NCBI GenBank assembly: GCA_028280485.1
Contig: JANQLS010000048.1
Coordinates: forward strand, 5,577-69,576
Origin: Planctomycetota bacterium
Lineage (GTDB): Bacteria > Planctomycetota > UBA8108 > JACQVS01
Direction: 5' to 3'
DNA: 64,000 nt
In this document: in pieces, positions 19,216 to 29,013 of the stretch
How the letters are laid out: each line of letters starts with the position of its first letter
Numbering within the stretch: position 1 is the first letter of the stretch
The notes under the pieces: model-generated
The model's input: the letters and a program-made list of their open reading frames with translations, nothing else
Told to the model about the DNA's origin: nothing
Database searches by the model: none
Translations under genes and position numbers: made by a program

Positions 19216-20160
19216 ATGAAGAGCTTTAAAGGTCTAAGCTTCATTCTTTGCGTATCTTTAGTCTTCTCATTGATGGCTTCTGCTGCAAACGCCTGTTTAT
19301 GGATAGACGGCACGACGATCGATGGTGGGCGTACAAGACTTTCGGGTCACTTCATCGCTTCTCAACTGCGATCAATCATCGCTGAAACTCCTAAAACGAA
19401 ACTTGAAGAATTGATGGAATTGAGGCAGGCAGCTGAAGTTCCAGATTCGGATCAGGATTGGAATAGTGTTAAGAAAATTCTGGCGGGTGATCTTGATTTG
19501 GCAATTAAAGAACTTATAGAGTTTGAACGAATAAACCCGGGTGAATACAGTACGGCTGCCAATTTGGGAACAGCCTACGAATTAATTGGTGACAACAAAC
19601 AAGCTTTAAAATGGATTAGCGAGGCAATAAATCGTAATCCTGAATCTCATGATGGAACAGAATGGCTTCACCAATTGATCTTAGAAACAAAGATCCAATT
19701 AGAAGCTTCTCCCAATGCCTTTGAAAACGAAAGAGTCATCCCACTTCCGGAGTATTTTGACATAACTTCAAAGGTCACTATAGGTGGTACTCAATACGAC
19801 ATTAATGAAATCGGTAAAGCTTTGGAATTTCAACTCCATGAGAGATTAGTATTTGTGAAGCCTAGGGATGTTGTTGTTTCAGAATTACTCTTTTCATTGG
19901 CCAGGATTCTCGCTCATACAACTACGGTCGAAGCAGGTATAGATTTATTGGAGCTATCTAACCAATATGGATTTAAAGATAAAGCTCTACTTGATAAGAC
20001 AATGGCAGAGTATCAAGCTGCCATTCAATGGAGGAAGATTAAGGGCCGAGTAAAGATCACACTTGGTATTCTTGCAGTAATTGGATTCCTCTATATTGCG
20101 TATAAAAAGAAGTGGATTGTTTTTCCGAGTGACTTCCGAAAAAGGACCTCTTCAGGGTGA
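19216..20160 (+). CDS. Exported TPR-containing protein with C-terminal TM anchor
   Basis: GGAGG RBS, signal ending ANA-C, PGEYSTAANLGTAYELIG...A..WI..AI..NP.SH.GTEWLH. Confidence 0.85.
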   Translation: MKSFKGLSFILCVSLVFSLMASAANACLWIDGTTIDGGRTRLSGHFIASQLRSIIAETPKTKLEELMELRQAAEVPDSDQDWNSVKKILAGDLDLAIKELIEFERINPGEYSTAANLGTAYELIGDNKQALKWISEAINRNPESHDGTEWLHQLILETKIQLEASPNAFENERVIPLPEYFDITSKVTIGGTQYDINEIGKALEFQLHERLVFVKPRDVVVSELLFSLARILAHTTTVEAGIDLLELSNQYGFKDKALLDKTMAEYQAAIQWRKIKGRVKITLGILAVIGFLYIAYKKKWIVFPSDFRKRTSSG

Positions 20161-20282
20161 CCCAGAGACGCAGGTGTGATTATTCTATTGCTATACTTAA
20201 TTTCAGTTTACGACTTGTCGGTACGCATAGAGGCTGTGAATTTTTAGAACAAATCAAATATTAAGCCAAATGACGCTTCATT

Positions 20283-20420
20283 ATCCCTCGCTAAAGCTTC
20301 GGGCTTGAGGGGTACGAATCGCATTCAATGTTTAATTTGTAGCTAAGGATTTCACGTAATTCATTTATTAATTAGTATTGAATTGACCCACTTACCAAGC
20401 CCGAAGCTTTAGCGAGGGAT
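20283..20420. repeat. Inverted REP doublet (REPIN-like), planctomycete-type REP
   Basis: ATCCCTCGCTAAAGCTTCGGGCTTG (20283-20307) and its perfect reverse complement (20396-20420). Degenerate single copy near 21374-21392. Confidence 0.8.
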
Positions 20421-20511
20421 CGAAGGGCTTCATCGGTTTTGGCGAATAATTCACAACTTCAGAGTGGAGATTTTTCAAAAGCAGCCTTCAATTTCATCCG
20501 ATAATTAGAGT

Positions 20512-21360
20512 ATGAAGAGAAAACGTATAACCAAAATCTTTGTGCTTCTATCCATTACCGCATTCATCGTAGTGGGCACTTTTGTGTTTATAAATCGAAA
20601 CGCTATTCACGCATCTTTTGTGCATATGAAATTGAGGAAAGATCCTTCTCAATTTTCTTTATTATTAAACGAAGCCGGAAATCCAGCAGTATTGAAAGCT
20701 TTGAAGCGCTTTGTTAGCGAAAGAGAAGGAGCGGTACAATTAGTAAATTTCTTGTTAAATGAAGATTCCAAAAATTTGTTTTTAATCTTATTAAGTTTGG
20801 AGAGCCGTCGAACGTACTTAATTGACTTATCTCAAGAGAATTGGGGTAAGGTAGCAACCAGCAGAGTATTTGGAGAACAAATCATCACGGAAAATAAATT
20901 TGAAAACGTCCTTCAACAGTTGGTACATAATTCTTCTGACCAATCTGTATTGATTAAGGGTGATTCTTCATTTGTTTGTAAGATCCTAAAGAAGGATTCC
21001 ATTAAACTGGGTCTTCCAGGCATTCCTAAGCAAATTACCTAGGCCCCACCTCAAGTTGCCTTGTTTATAGAGTATCGTGGTCAGCCTTTACCTCAGCAGA
21101 ATGCTCAATTCATTTGTGTGCTTCCCGTTTCACAAGAGGAGTACGTTGAAGGGATCCTAAAACTTTATAAGAAAACATTTTGGTTTGTTAAATTAGAGGA
21201 TCTGACTTCGGCAAAAAAAACCTTTGAAGAGTTTGAAGAGAAACTTGATAAAAGTGATTTCATAAATATCCCAGAGCATAGAGAAAAGGTATGTATGTTT
21301 AAGGATCTATCGATGGAGCTGTGGGAGTCGATTGAAAAATTGGAGAGTAAGTATAAATAA
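20512..21360 (+). pseudogene. Membrane-anchored hypothetical protein interrupted by one in-frame TAG
   Basis: ORFs 20512-21042 and 21061-21360 share one frame and are separated only by TAG at 21040 (..KQIT*APPQVALFIEY..). The second part has no RBS. Confidence 0.65.
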
Positions 21361-21553
21361 GGCTAGGTGTGATTGCTAGTGCTTCGGGCTAGTTAAAGTT
21401 GGTGCTTAAACCTAATGGATAGATTTAAGACCCATCAGAAGCTAAAAAATCACACCTTCTGTGAGGAGTCCGTACTTTATCTCTTAAAACCACCAACGAT
21501 TTCTCGCTATATTCCCCTTCGCCCTAAAATCCTAAAACTATGCCCAGGAGAAA

Positions 21554-22936
21554 ATGAATATTGAGACGATTCCATCGTCTCAAACTCCCATGAGAGTGAA
21601 AGTGGTTGGAAATCTCATTATGGGTCTCGCGTGTATGGGAATTGCTGTTTTTCTGGGGATGTCAGAAAGGAAGCAAATTCCTCAGCACAACTTGTCGTCA
21701 TTTAAAAGTAAGATCATTTGCTGTGGTCAGTTGGATAGGCACCTTCAAATCCCACCTCCTCGTAAGATTCTCAGCCCTATCAACATGCGGCGCAGACTTC
21801 GAGTTCATCCTTTTCGAAGATCAGTAAAATCATCAGTTCGCTCTAATATAAAAATTCCAACACCTATCAGGATGACTTCTGACTCTGATGAACGAGAGGA
21901 CAGAGTCGTTACTGAATGCTATGGGCGAGTACTCAGCTTGGATGGCTTTCCTATTCCCAACACTAATGTTTATATTCATCGTTATGATTCTGAGACGAAT
22001 GACTTTAAAGCCTATGCAACCACAATACCGGATGACAAGGGATCGTGGGTCATCGAAGGATTGAAGGAAGGTCACGAGCTTAAGCTTGAAGTTAAAGCTT
22101 ACGGATACTTCAAATATGTTAGTGACCCCTTTCAAGTTTGGAAGGGCGACTCTCTTAACTTAGGCACAGTCAGCCTTGATCCAGGTGGTGCGATATCAGG
22201 AACGGTTGTGGATGAAAGTGGAGCCGGTGTTGCCAATCTGACCGTTCATGTATTTGATGAATCCCACGAGACGCACCGTATCGAGATGCCAAAAACAGAT
22301 GAGGCGGGGCAATTCTGGGTTTCAGGGCTCACCACCGGCTCTTATGGACTCATTGTGAGAAAAGAAAGTATTAACCTCAGTTCTATGAGGAAGATCAGGG
22401 TTGAGCATGGATTTGAAACGGGTCCTTTGATCGTTGAGGTGTCACGAGAAACAAAGCCTAAAATTATAAGCTCGGAGGCTGAGCGACTCTATGCTGCGGA
22501 GAACGCAGTCCGATGGGATGTTGAGAAATTCCGAAACCTGGAAGCGGCCAAACGTTTCGTCATGGATGTGATCGACTCTCCCTGGTGGCAAAGATTCTTT
22601 TCAAAAATTGAATCGATTGAAGTTAAAGAGGGAGGGTCAAGAAGATATGCCTATGGGAATCGGTATTCAGGGGGTGTTGATGGACGTTATCATGGTTACA
22701 TTTCGTTGCCGTCCGGTTGGGGCTTCAACAAAATGGTTGTTCTTCATGAGGTAGCCCATGTCGTTGCTTATAAAGATGGTCATGGCTCTAAATTTGCCTC
22801 CGTATTTCTTGAGCTTGTTGATGTCTTTATCGGGAGAGAGGTTGCCAACAAGCTTGACCGTGAGTTTGCAAGACATGGGGTTGCGGTTGCCAATTTTCAA
22901 GAAGTTGTTTTTGAGCTTTACCCCGAATCCTTATAA
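21554..22936 (+). CDS. Membrane-anchored carboxypeptidase-regulatory-like (Ig) domains fused to a TIGR04338-like HEXXH metallohydrolase
   Basis: TM helix, G.V....G.PI...V and GGAISGTVVDESG..V...TDEAGQF..GL..G.Y repeats, then RLYAAE...VVLHEVAH...HGSKFA..FL.LV. Confidence 0.8.
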   Translation: MNIETIPSSQTPMRVKVVGNLIMGLACMGIAVFLGMSERKQIPQHNLSSFKSKIICCGQLDRHLQIPPPRKILSPINMRRRLRVHPFRRSVKSSVRSNIKIPTPIRMTSDSDEREDRVVTECYGRVLSLDGFPIPNTNVYIHRYDSETNDFKAYATTIPDDKGSWVIEGLKEGHELKLEVKAYGYFKYVSDPFQVWKGDSLNLGTVSLDPGGAISGTVVDESGAGVANLTVHVFDESHETHRIEMPKTDEAGQFWVSGLTTGSYGLIVRKESINLSSMRKIRVEHGFETGPLIVEVSRETKPKIISSEAERLYAAENAVRWDVEKFRNLEAAKRFVMDVIDSPWWQRFFSKIESIEVKEGGSRRYAYGNRYSGGVDGRYHGYISLPSGWGFNKMVVLHEVAHVVAYKDGHGSKFASVFLELVDVFIGREVANKLDREFARHGVAVANFQEVVFELYPESL

Positions 22937-22971
22937 TCATACGGTATATAAAAAGAAGAATGTATCGAACT

Positions 22972-23140
22972 ACTAATTAGTTTCTGTTGAATCTTGCTCC
23001 TGCGGAGCCTGATTCAACCGTTTCAGCAAATCACAGATTTGCTTTCCACTCCGCTGAACATAGGCTCTGCGAACCAATGTCCGCGGCCGAGTTGATCCCA
23101 ACTCGGCTTAGTTCCTGTTATTCAACAGGAACTAATTAGT
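22972..23140. mobile_element. 169-bp MITE-like element with 21-bp terminal inverted repeats
   Basis: ACTAATTAGTTTCTGTTGAAT / ATTCAACAGGAACTAATTAGT (1 mismatch). Internal hairpins GCTCC/GGAGC, AGCAAATC/GATTTGCT and GCCGAGTTG/CAACTCGGC. Confidence 0.7.
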
Positions 23141-23214
23141 TCGGATTTATTGAGTAGATGGTTTTCTCTTGTTTATAGGTAGATTAGGGTTGTTTCTTTG
23201 TGGAGATTTAAAAA

Positions 23215-23736
23215 ATGGATGAACTCGATCGCTTTTTCTTTTTCTGGAAAACGTCTGATTTATTTAACCTGGAAAAAGTGTCTCCCATCGTTGATGAATT
23301 AAATAACAATATTTCAGAAGAAACCACCATCAAGGATTTCGCGACCATGATTCACAAACATATCCATGCTTGTGTTCCAAGCTGTGAGTCACAGTCAGCA
23401 TTTTATCATATGAAATACAAACTCCGCTTTTTAGATTTAAAAATTATGAAACCTTCAAAATCCTGGGATGAAATTTTACCTGGGAATTTTATATCCAAGT
23501 GGTTTTTGTGGCGTAAAGTTTTTAATGAGTTGGGTATTAGTAAAAGAATGCGTTATTTGAGTCTTTCAGAAACAGTAAGTCATTCCATCGATAAAAAGCC
23601 CATTGAATATTCAGCGAAGGAAAGATCAAAATTAACCATTAAAGAGATCATGGATTTAATTTTCTTGAATCTTAAAAAAGAGTACAGCTTCATGGAAGTT
23701 GATTCGAATTCAAAGATATCCACGATCTTCTTATAA
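23215..23736 (+). CDS. Hypothetical protein
   Basis: 173-aa ORF with GGAG RBS. Confidence 0.65.
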   Translation: MDELDRFFFFWKTSDLFNLEKVSPIVDELNNNISEETTIKDFATMIHKHIHACVPSCESQSAFYHMKYKLRFLDLKIMKPSKSWDEILPGNFISKWFLWRKVFNELGISKRMRYLSLSETVSHSIDKKPIEYSAKERSKLTIKEIMDLIFLNLKKEYSFMEVDSNSKISTIFL

Positions 23737-23810
23737 TAGATGCTTATGTTACCACTCTAAACTGGTAGGGGTATGTTCTGCGATTGAAATTTGGCATTGG
23801 AGCCGGTGTC

Positions 23811-24479
23811 ATGAAAAAGTCTATTTTGATTCTATTTCTTACCGTGATGCCGCTGAGTTCTGGCTGTATGACATTAGAATCCCAAAGTTCATATCATAAA
23901 AATCCTGCTAAAACTCTTAGGTACTACAACGGAAATATGATGTACGCTGGGACGCGGCTTGATCTTGAATGGCTAACTTCAATATTTTGGTACTTCATTA
24001 TTCCCTTGGCGGACCTACCATTTAGCTTAGCGGCGGATACTCTGATTTTGCCACTTACTATTTATCAGACGGCTACGGCTTCAGATTACTTAAATGAGAG
24101 TGAAGATGAAGGGGAGTGGTCAAACGCTTTAACCGTTGCCGAAAAACTCCAAAACCTCCGCAATGGTATGGAGAATTACATGCTATTAGGAAATGCTGAT
24201 TATTCACAAGAGCATATTAACAAGTGTGAAAAAATTCTATATGAGTTCGTGCTTTCAGTGCAGCAAGCGGGAAGGGAAGGAACATCTCGGGATGCTTTTA
24301 TAATGGTTAATGTGAAGTCCGCCGTTTTAAAATTAAATGTTTTAAACAAAGAATGTAATGGGGGCTTAATAGAAACAGATCAAAGAGAACAGATCTGTGA
24401 TCTCATAACCTATGCTGCATTGAATGCCGGATTGGTGACTGACTTAGAAGATATTACCTGGGAGTGGCGAGAGTGGTAA
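23811..24479 (+). CDS. YceK/YidQ lipoprotein fused to a C-terminal helical domain ending DITWEWREW
   Basis: SSGC lipobox, YAGTRLD, DLPFSLAADTLILP. C-terminal LKLN.LN....LIETDQREQIC..I..AA...G...EDIT.EWREW. Confidence 0.8.
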   Translation: MKKSILILFLTVMPLSSGCMTLESQSSYHKNPAKTLRYYNGNMMYAGTRLDLEWLTSIFWYFIIPLADLPFSLAADTLILPLTIYQTATASDYLNESEDEGEWSNALTVAEKLQNLRNGMENYMLLGNADYSQEHINKCEKILYEFVLSVQQAGREGTSRDAFIMVNVKSAVLKLNVLNKECNGGLIETDQREQICDLITYAALNAGLVTDLEDITWEWREW

Positions 24480-24567
24480 AGTTTAGTCATTTATACTGAT
24501 GCACAAATCAGTCAAAAATCATGGAAACGGGTGGTTATTAATAAAAAAATCTTAGCTTGACCGTCTA

Positions 24568-25116
24568 ATGAAAATCACTTGGAAAAATAAATCAGAACAA
24601 GTCCTTATCATTTCTGTTGTGACCCTATTTTATTTTGCTTCAGTAATTCTGATATCAATTTCTACTATAGATGTTGTCTGCACTAACCGAATGATGGACG
24701 ACAATGGTCATTACACCGATCGATTCTTAATTAGCAACTTAATCAAGAATCGAGAGAAATTTGAAACTCTCATTCGAATGTTTCAAGAAGATAAATCTCC
24801 AACACTTATTCATTCAAGTTGGATGATGCCCGAGGGTGCAATATCCAATTCAAGATGGGCTGAATACAAAAAAATATTTGAGGAATTGAAGATAGATGTT
24901 GGAATGAGTTCCAGAGGGCCAGGAGAAATTAAGATCGTTGTTAATGCAAGGGGATTCGTTATTGCGGGATCCAGTAAAGGGTATTTTTATAAGCCAAAAA
25001 CGCCTACACCATTATTTAAAAGCTTAGATGAAACTCCTCCAGAGTTAATGTCACTCGAGGAGGGCTTTTTGAAGATTGGTGAAAATTGGTATCTTTATCA
25101 TGAGTTTGATGATTAG
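24568..25116 (+). CDS. Membrane-anchored hypothetical protein
   Basis: N-terminal TM. GSSKGYFY...P.PL..SLD...KI..NWYLY. Confidence 0.78.
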   Translation: MKITWKNKSEQVLIISVVTLFYFASVILISISTIDVVCTNRMMDDNGHYTDRFLISNLIKNREKFETLIRMFQEDKSPTLIHSSWMMPEGAISNSRWAEYKKIFEELKIDVGMSSRGPGEIKIVVNARGFVIAGSSKGYFYKPKTPTPLFKSLDETPPELMSLEEGFLKIGENWYLYHEFDD

Positions 25117-25247
25117 GTAAAGATGAGGAGCTAGTGCCTATTTCGACTCGTATAAAGTTAAGTCCCTTTACAGTTGCCTTCACAGCCACGGCAGATACGT
25201 GTAGACTACATCGGAAGGAACAAACTTGGAATTTTAAGAAGTCTCCA

Positions 25248-25487
25248 ATGAGCTTACCTTTATTAACAGGCTACGGTAATCCCTTTTATTTAGGTGCAGC
25301 AATGATTGGCTTTGTTGCTGTGCTCTTCTTCTATTTTTGTCATAAAATTCGGAACAACGTTCTTAAGGTTGATTATGGGGCACCAGAACAACCGAGAAAA
25401 ATGACGTTCTACTACGTTTTGTACATATTCATAATGGTGATGTTGATTTTGTATTTAACTAATGTTCCAGGTCCAAGGTGGGGTTGA
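25248..25487 (+). CDS. Small two-TM protein
   Basis: Two hydrophobic segments. Start uncertain. Confidence 0.5.
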   Translation: MSLPLLTGYGNPFYLGAAMIGFVAVLFFYFCHKIRNNVLKVDYGAPEQPRKMTFYYVLYIFIMVMLILYLTNVPGPRWG

Positions 25488-25513
25488 TATATTACTTTCA
25501 GGAGAGATATATA

Positions 25514-26032
25514 ATGCGCAGTTTATTATGGGTCATGATGCTTGCACTTGTTATGGGGATTTCATGTTCACAAAAGGTGAATAAGAATCCTTCAACGTTA
25601 AAGAAAGCTACAGCTAAGATTTCAAGTACTGACGCAAAATTTTGGTTTCCAATTACAAAAAAAGATTCATGGAAATGGGGGACCACAGCCCATAGTTCAT
25701 TAGAATATGGATGGACTGTTGAATTTCCCACTGAAGATGGAATGTGTGAAGCTGGATTCACTTACTGGAATTTTCCGGGGCAAGGAAGTGGATCAGGTAC
25801 TTTAGTTCGCATACTCGCCAGTGGGCAGACCAATTTTTGGATGAATCACTCAAATGTTCCGCGGGCATTTGGAATTCGATCTTCGTACCACAATGAGGGG
25901 GTGTTGATTAAAATAACTGAGCCAAAATTTTTGCTTAGCCTGCTGAAAGAGAAACCAGAATCAATTACTTTTTTTCAGAAGGGGGCTTTGCAAGAAAACC
26001 GTGAGTTTAAAGTTGTAGCTGAGTATGAATGA
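25514..26032 (+). CDS. Hypothetical lipoprotein
   Basis: GGAG RBS and GISC lipobox. Confidence 0.75.
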   Translation: MRSLLWVMMLALVMGISCSQKVNKNPSTLKKATAKISSTDAKFWFPITKKDSWKWGTTAHSSLEYGWTVEFPTEDGMCEAGFTYWNFPGQGSGSGTLVRILASGQTNFWMNHSNVPRAFGIRSSYHNEGVLIKITEPKFLLSLLKEKPESITFFQKGALQENREFKVVAEYE

Positions 26033-26762
26033 TAAACCCTACCTGAGAAGTGTCGAACTCGAACGAGAAAATATTGAGTCTTTCGATGAGTTCCCCTTTT
26101 CAATTCCAGCTATTCGGGATATGGAAACTCTCGAGTTTCATCCTGACGTTACATTTCTTGTTGGAGAAAACGGATCAGGAAAATCTACACTTCTTGAGGC
26201 TCTAGCTTTAGCAATTGGTTTCGGTCCCGAAGGTGGAACATTAAACACACTGTTTTCTACTGCGAACGATCAATCAGATCTTGTCGATTATCTAAAGCTG
26301 GTAAAAAGCTTTGCTAGACCGAAAGATTTTTATTTTCTGAGAGCAGAGAGTTTTTATAACGTCGCAAGTTATATGGAAGAGACAGGGTATCTCTCTGGAT
26401 ACGGGGGGAAATCCCTTCATGCTAGGTCTCATGGGGAGGCATTTCTGGCGACACTTAACTTAAAATTGAAAGGCAAAGGCTTATATTTATTTGATGAGCC
26501 GGAGGCTGCCCTTTCACCCCAGAGGCAGATGACGGCTTTGGGCTCTATCCACGAATTGGTGAAAGAGGATTCTCAATTTATCATCGCCACTCATTCACCC
26601 ATATTAATGGCTTACCCGAACTCTCGTATTATTCAGCTCGATGATTCTGGCTTAAATGAAGTTCAATATGAAGACACTGAGCATTTCTCGGTTACTAAAG
26701 AGTTTCTTAACAATCATAAAAGGATGATTCATTATCTTCTTGAAGATGGTGAAGGTTCATAA
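26025..26762 (+). CDS. ABC/AAA-type ATPase (COG3910-like)
   Basis: GENGSGKSTLLE, FLRAESF, SHGE, LFDEPEAALSPQRQ, QFIIATHSPIL. Confidence 0.92.
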   Translation: MNDKPYLRSVELERENIESFDEFPFSIPAIRDMETLEFHPDVTFLVGENGSGKSTLLEALALAIGFGPEGGTLNTLFSTANDQSDLVDYLKLVKSFARPKDFYFLRAESFYNVASYMEETGYLSGYGGKSLHARSHGEAFLATLNLKLKGKGLYLFDEPEAALSPQRQMTALGSIHELVKEDSQFIIATHSPILMAYPNSRIIQLDDSGLNEVQYEDTEHFSVTKEFLNNHKRMIHYLLEDGEGS

Positions 26763-26837
26763 ATAAGACACTTTGCTTTTTCTTAAAATTACCTTTTCGC
26801 GAGTTTTCGATAGACTCAAAACTGGTTATGTAATGAT

Positions 26838-27641
26838 CTAATTACCCGCGTTGATGATACGAACCAAATAAACACCCGTTAAAACAATCATCCCCATCAC
26901 GATGCACGGGAGGGCCGTCGTCGACCAGACTTTAATCCCCTTGCGGATGTGTTCAATGAACCAAGTTCCCTTATCTTGACGCGTGATGTATTTCGCAAGA
27001 TCGAATCCCACGGCGATGGACACCACAATAGAGAAGCTGAGAAGAGTGATCGAAGGAATATACCCAAAGATTTCGATGAGGCTCCATCCTGTGCCATCGT
27101 TTTGTGTGTTCCAAAGTCCCCGACCTAATGTGATTCCAAGAATGATGTCGACTGCGGCTGGAATAAAACCCAAGAGGAAACCCAATCCTATACAGGCGAG
27201 ACTCACTCCCAACACCACAATCAGTACTGTGAACCAATACAAAATAAGGGTTGTAGGTAGTGAAGGCTGAGGGGTGGGCTTGTTCATGGCCGCAATCGCC
27301 CACTTATTCATGAGGCGCTTGCTTTCTTCATTATCTCCTTCGCGCAAAGCATTATTAAAAGCTTCCCACTCCTCATCCGTAAGAGAGTCTGGTTTTGCTT
27401 CTGCTTCAGCTTTTATTTCTATAGTCTCATTGAGCTCGTGTGAACTCGGCTCATTGCTAAGCTCTTCCGCCATGGACCCGAGGTATCCAAAAGCGAATGA
27501 GGCAACAAAAAGGGCTATAGCGATGTAAAAAGGGCGTTTGTAATCTCCATGTATTAAGGACAGGAGAGGAGTAGGATTAAAAAGCCATTTGAAGAAGGTG
27601 GCGAAAATGATCTTGGAATGCTTTCTGTCTGGGGGATTCAT
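26838..27641 (-). CDS. SpoIIM/DUF95-like integral membrane protein
   Basis: Multi-TM, LF..SF.FG...GF.LG.IP.....G..LG...IP...L pattern. Confidence 0.6.
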   Translation of the reverse strand: MNPPDRKHSKIIFATFFKWLFNPTPLLSLIHGDYKRPFYIAIALFVASFAFGYLGSMAEELSNEPSSHELNETIEIKAEAEAKPDSLTDEEWEAFNNALREGDNEESKRLMNKWAIAAMNKPTPQPSLPTTLILYWFTVLIVVLGVSLACIGLGFLLGFIPAAVDIILGITLGRGLWNTQNDGTGWSLIEIFGYIPSITLLSFSIVVSIAVGFDLAKYITRQDKGTWFIEHIRKGIKVWSTTALPCIVMGMIVLTGVYLVRIINAGN

Positions 27642-27741
27642 TGAGGGGGCTTTGTTTTTATGCTTAAGACTAATTTATTGTTCCAGCTTCACGGGGCCAA
27701 TTCATTCAATTTCTTTTTCCTTAAATTAGTTTCAACAGAAA

Positions 27742-28692
27742 CTAGTTAGCCCCAGATGGAATACTTTCTGAAACTCTCATTGGCGCTTCCCCGTACCAAT
27801 CCGGAAATGGAAAGTTAGGGATCGTCACTTTTCTTTTTGATAATGGTGTTTTGTCTTCTTTTCCATCGGAGGTTTTTTGAAAAATAAATCTTCCAGTGGA
27901 TTTATCGAAAACCATACGTTCTTTGTTTTCTTTGATCCATTTCTCTAGCTTTTGGTCAATGGCCGACACGTTGAGTTCGTGTATTTTAATATTATCAAGA
28001 ATTACTGACTCATTATTAGACTGGGATATTTCAACCTTAGAAAATTTTGGAGGCAGTTCAACTTTGAGGATCCATGCTTCTAAGTGATACATGACCATGA
28101 TCAATCTCAAGATCGATTCTGAACCTTTTGGTTCATTCTGGAAATGGTCAACGAAAATTCTGTCTAAATTAAGATCTATACCGCCAATGAAAGAACCTAC
28201 AAGTGCCTCAAATAATCCCAATCTTCGAGGTGGTTTTGAAGGTTTATCTATGTAATTCCAAAAATCTGATCCACACCAACGTAGAAAATGTCCTAAGTAG
28301 GCTAAGAATTTCTCGTCCTGATGAATGCGATTCTCTATTTCTTTAACTAGAGGAAGGAGGTCGGCAAATTTACTTAAGCTATGATCTTCTTCCGCATTCA
28401 GGTTTTCGGCAAGGAACAAGATACGGTGAAAAAACCAAAATGTTTGTTTTGGACTACCAGGACCAATCTCCTGAACAATGAGCTTAGAAATTTCAGGATC
28501 ACTAGAACTTTCAATGAGTTTATCCAACCAAACGTTTGCCTCCTCCATTGATTTAGCTTCTTCAAGCTTGTTGAGGTGATATTGAGCGACGAAGGTATCG
28601 AAGCTGAAGCTTAAGTAGATAAGGGTAATGATGGCAAAGATGCAGGAGCTTACAGTAAAAACCTTTACCTTTTTAAATGAGGGTTTGGGCAT
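27742..28692 (-). CDS. Membrane-anchored helical hypothetical protein
   Basis: Basic N-terminus, TM helix, FDTFVAQYHLNKL motif. AAGGAG RBS. Confidence 0.8.
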   Translation of the reverse strand: MPKPSFKKVKVFTVSSCIFAIITLIYLSFSFDTFVAQYHLNKLEEAKSMEEANVWLDKLIESSSDPEISKLIVQEIGPGSPKQTFWFFHRILFLAENLNAEEDHSLSKFADLLPLVKEIENRIHQDEKFLAYLGHFLRWCGSDFWNYIDKPSKPPRRLGLFEALVGSFIGGIDLNLDRIFVDHFQNEPKGSESILRLIMVMYHLEAWILKVELPPKFSKVEISQSNNESVILDNIKIHELNVSAIDQKLEKWIKENKERMVFDKSTGRFIFQKTSDGKEDKTPLSKRKVTIPNFPFPDWYGEAPMRVSESIPSGAN

Positions 28693-28797
28693 TTTGGAGG
28701 CTCCTTAAAAATAAAGTTTTATTATTTTAATATGGAGGTTACTTTGATTGGATGTTTATTGAAGTCCTCTGACATTACCGTTACGTTTTTTAAACGT

Positions 28798-28896
28798 TCA
28801 GCACATACAACCTTTCAGTAACTGGCCGGCTAAAACAACAAGAAGCAAGCAGCCGATATAAACCAACATGCTTTCCTTAACTTGCTTGCTTAGCAT
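28798..28896 (-). CDS. 32-aa hydrophobic small protein
   Basis: MLSKQVKESMLVYIGCLLLVVLAGQLLKGCMC, with AGGAG 9 nt upstream. Below the ORF-track cutoff. Confidence 0.5.
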   Translation of the reverse strand: MLSKQVKESMLVYIGCLLLVVLAGQLLKGCMC

Positions 28897-29013
28897 CGTG
28901 AATGCTCCTATTGAAATATATTAAAAGTAAAATCACTACGATTAGTAAGGATAGTTTAGAATCCTTTATTTGTAAAACTTATACTGAAGACAGAATACTT
29001 AAGTGGCAGTAAC

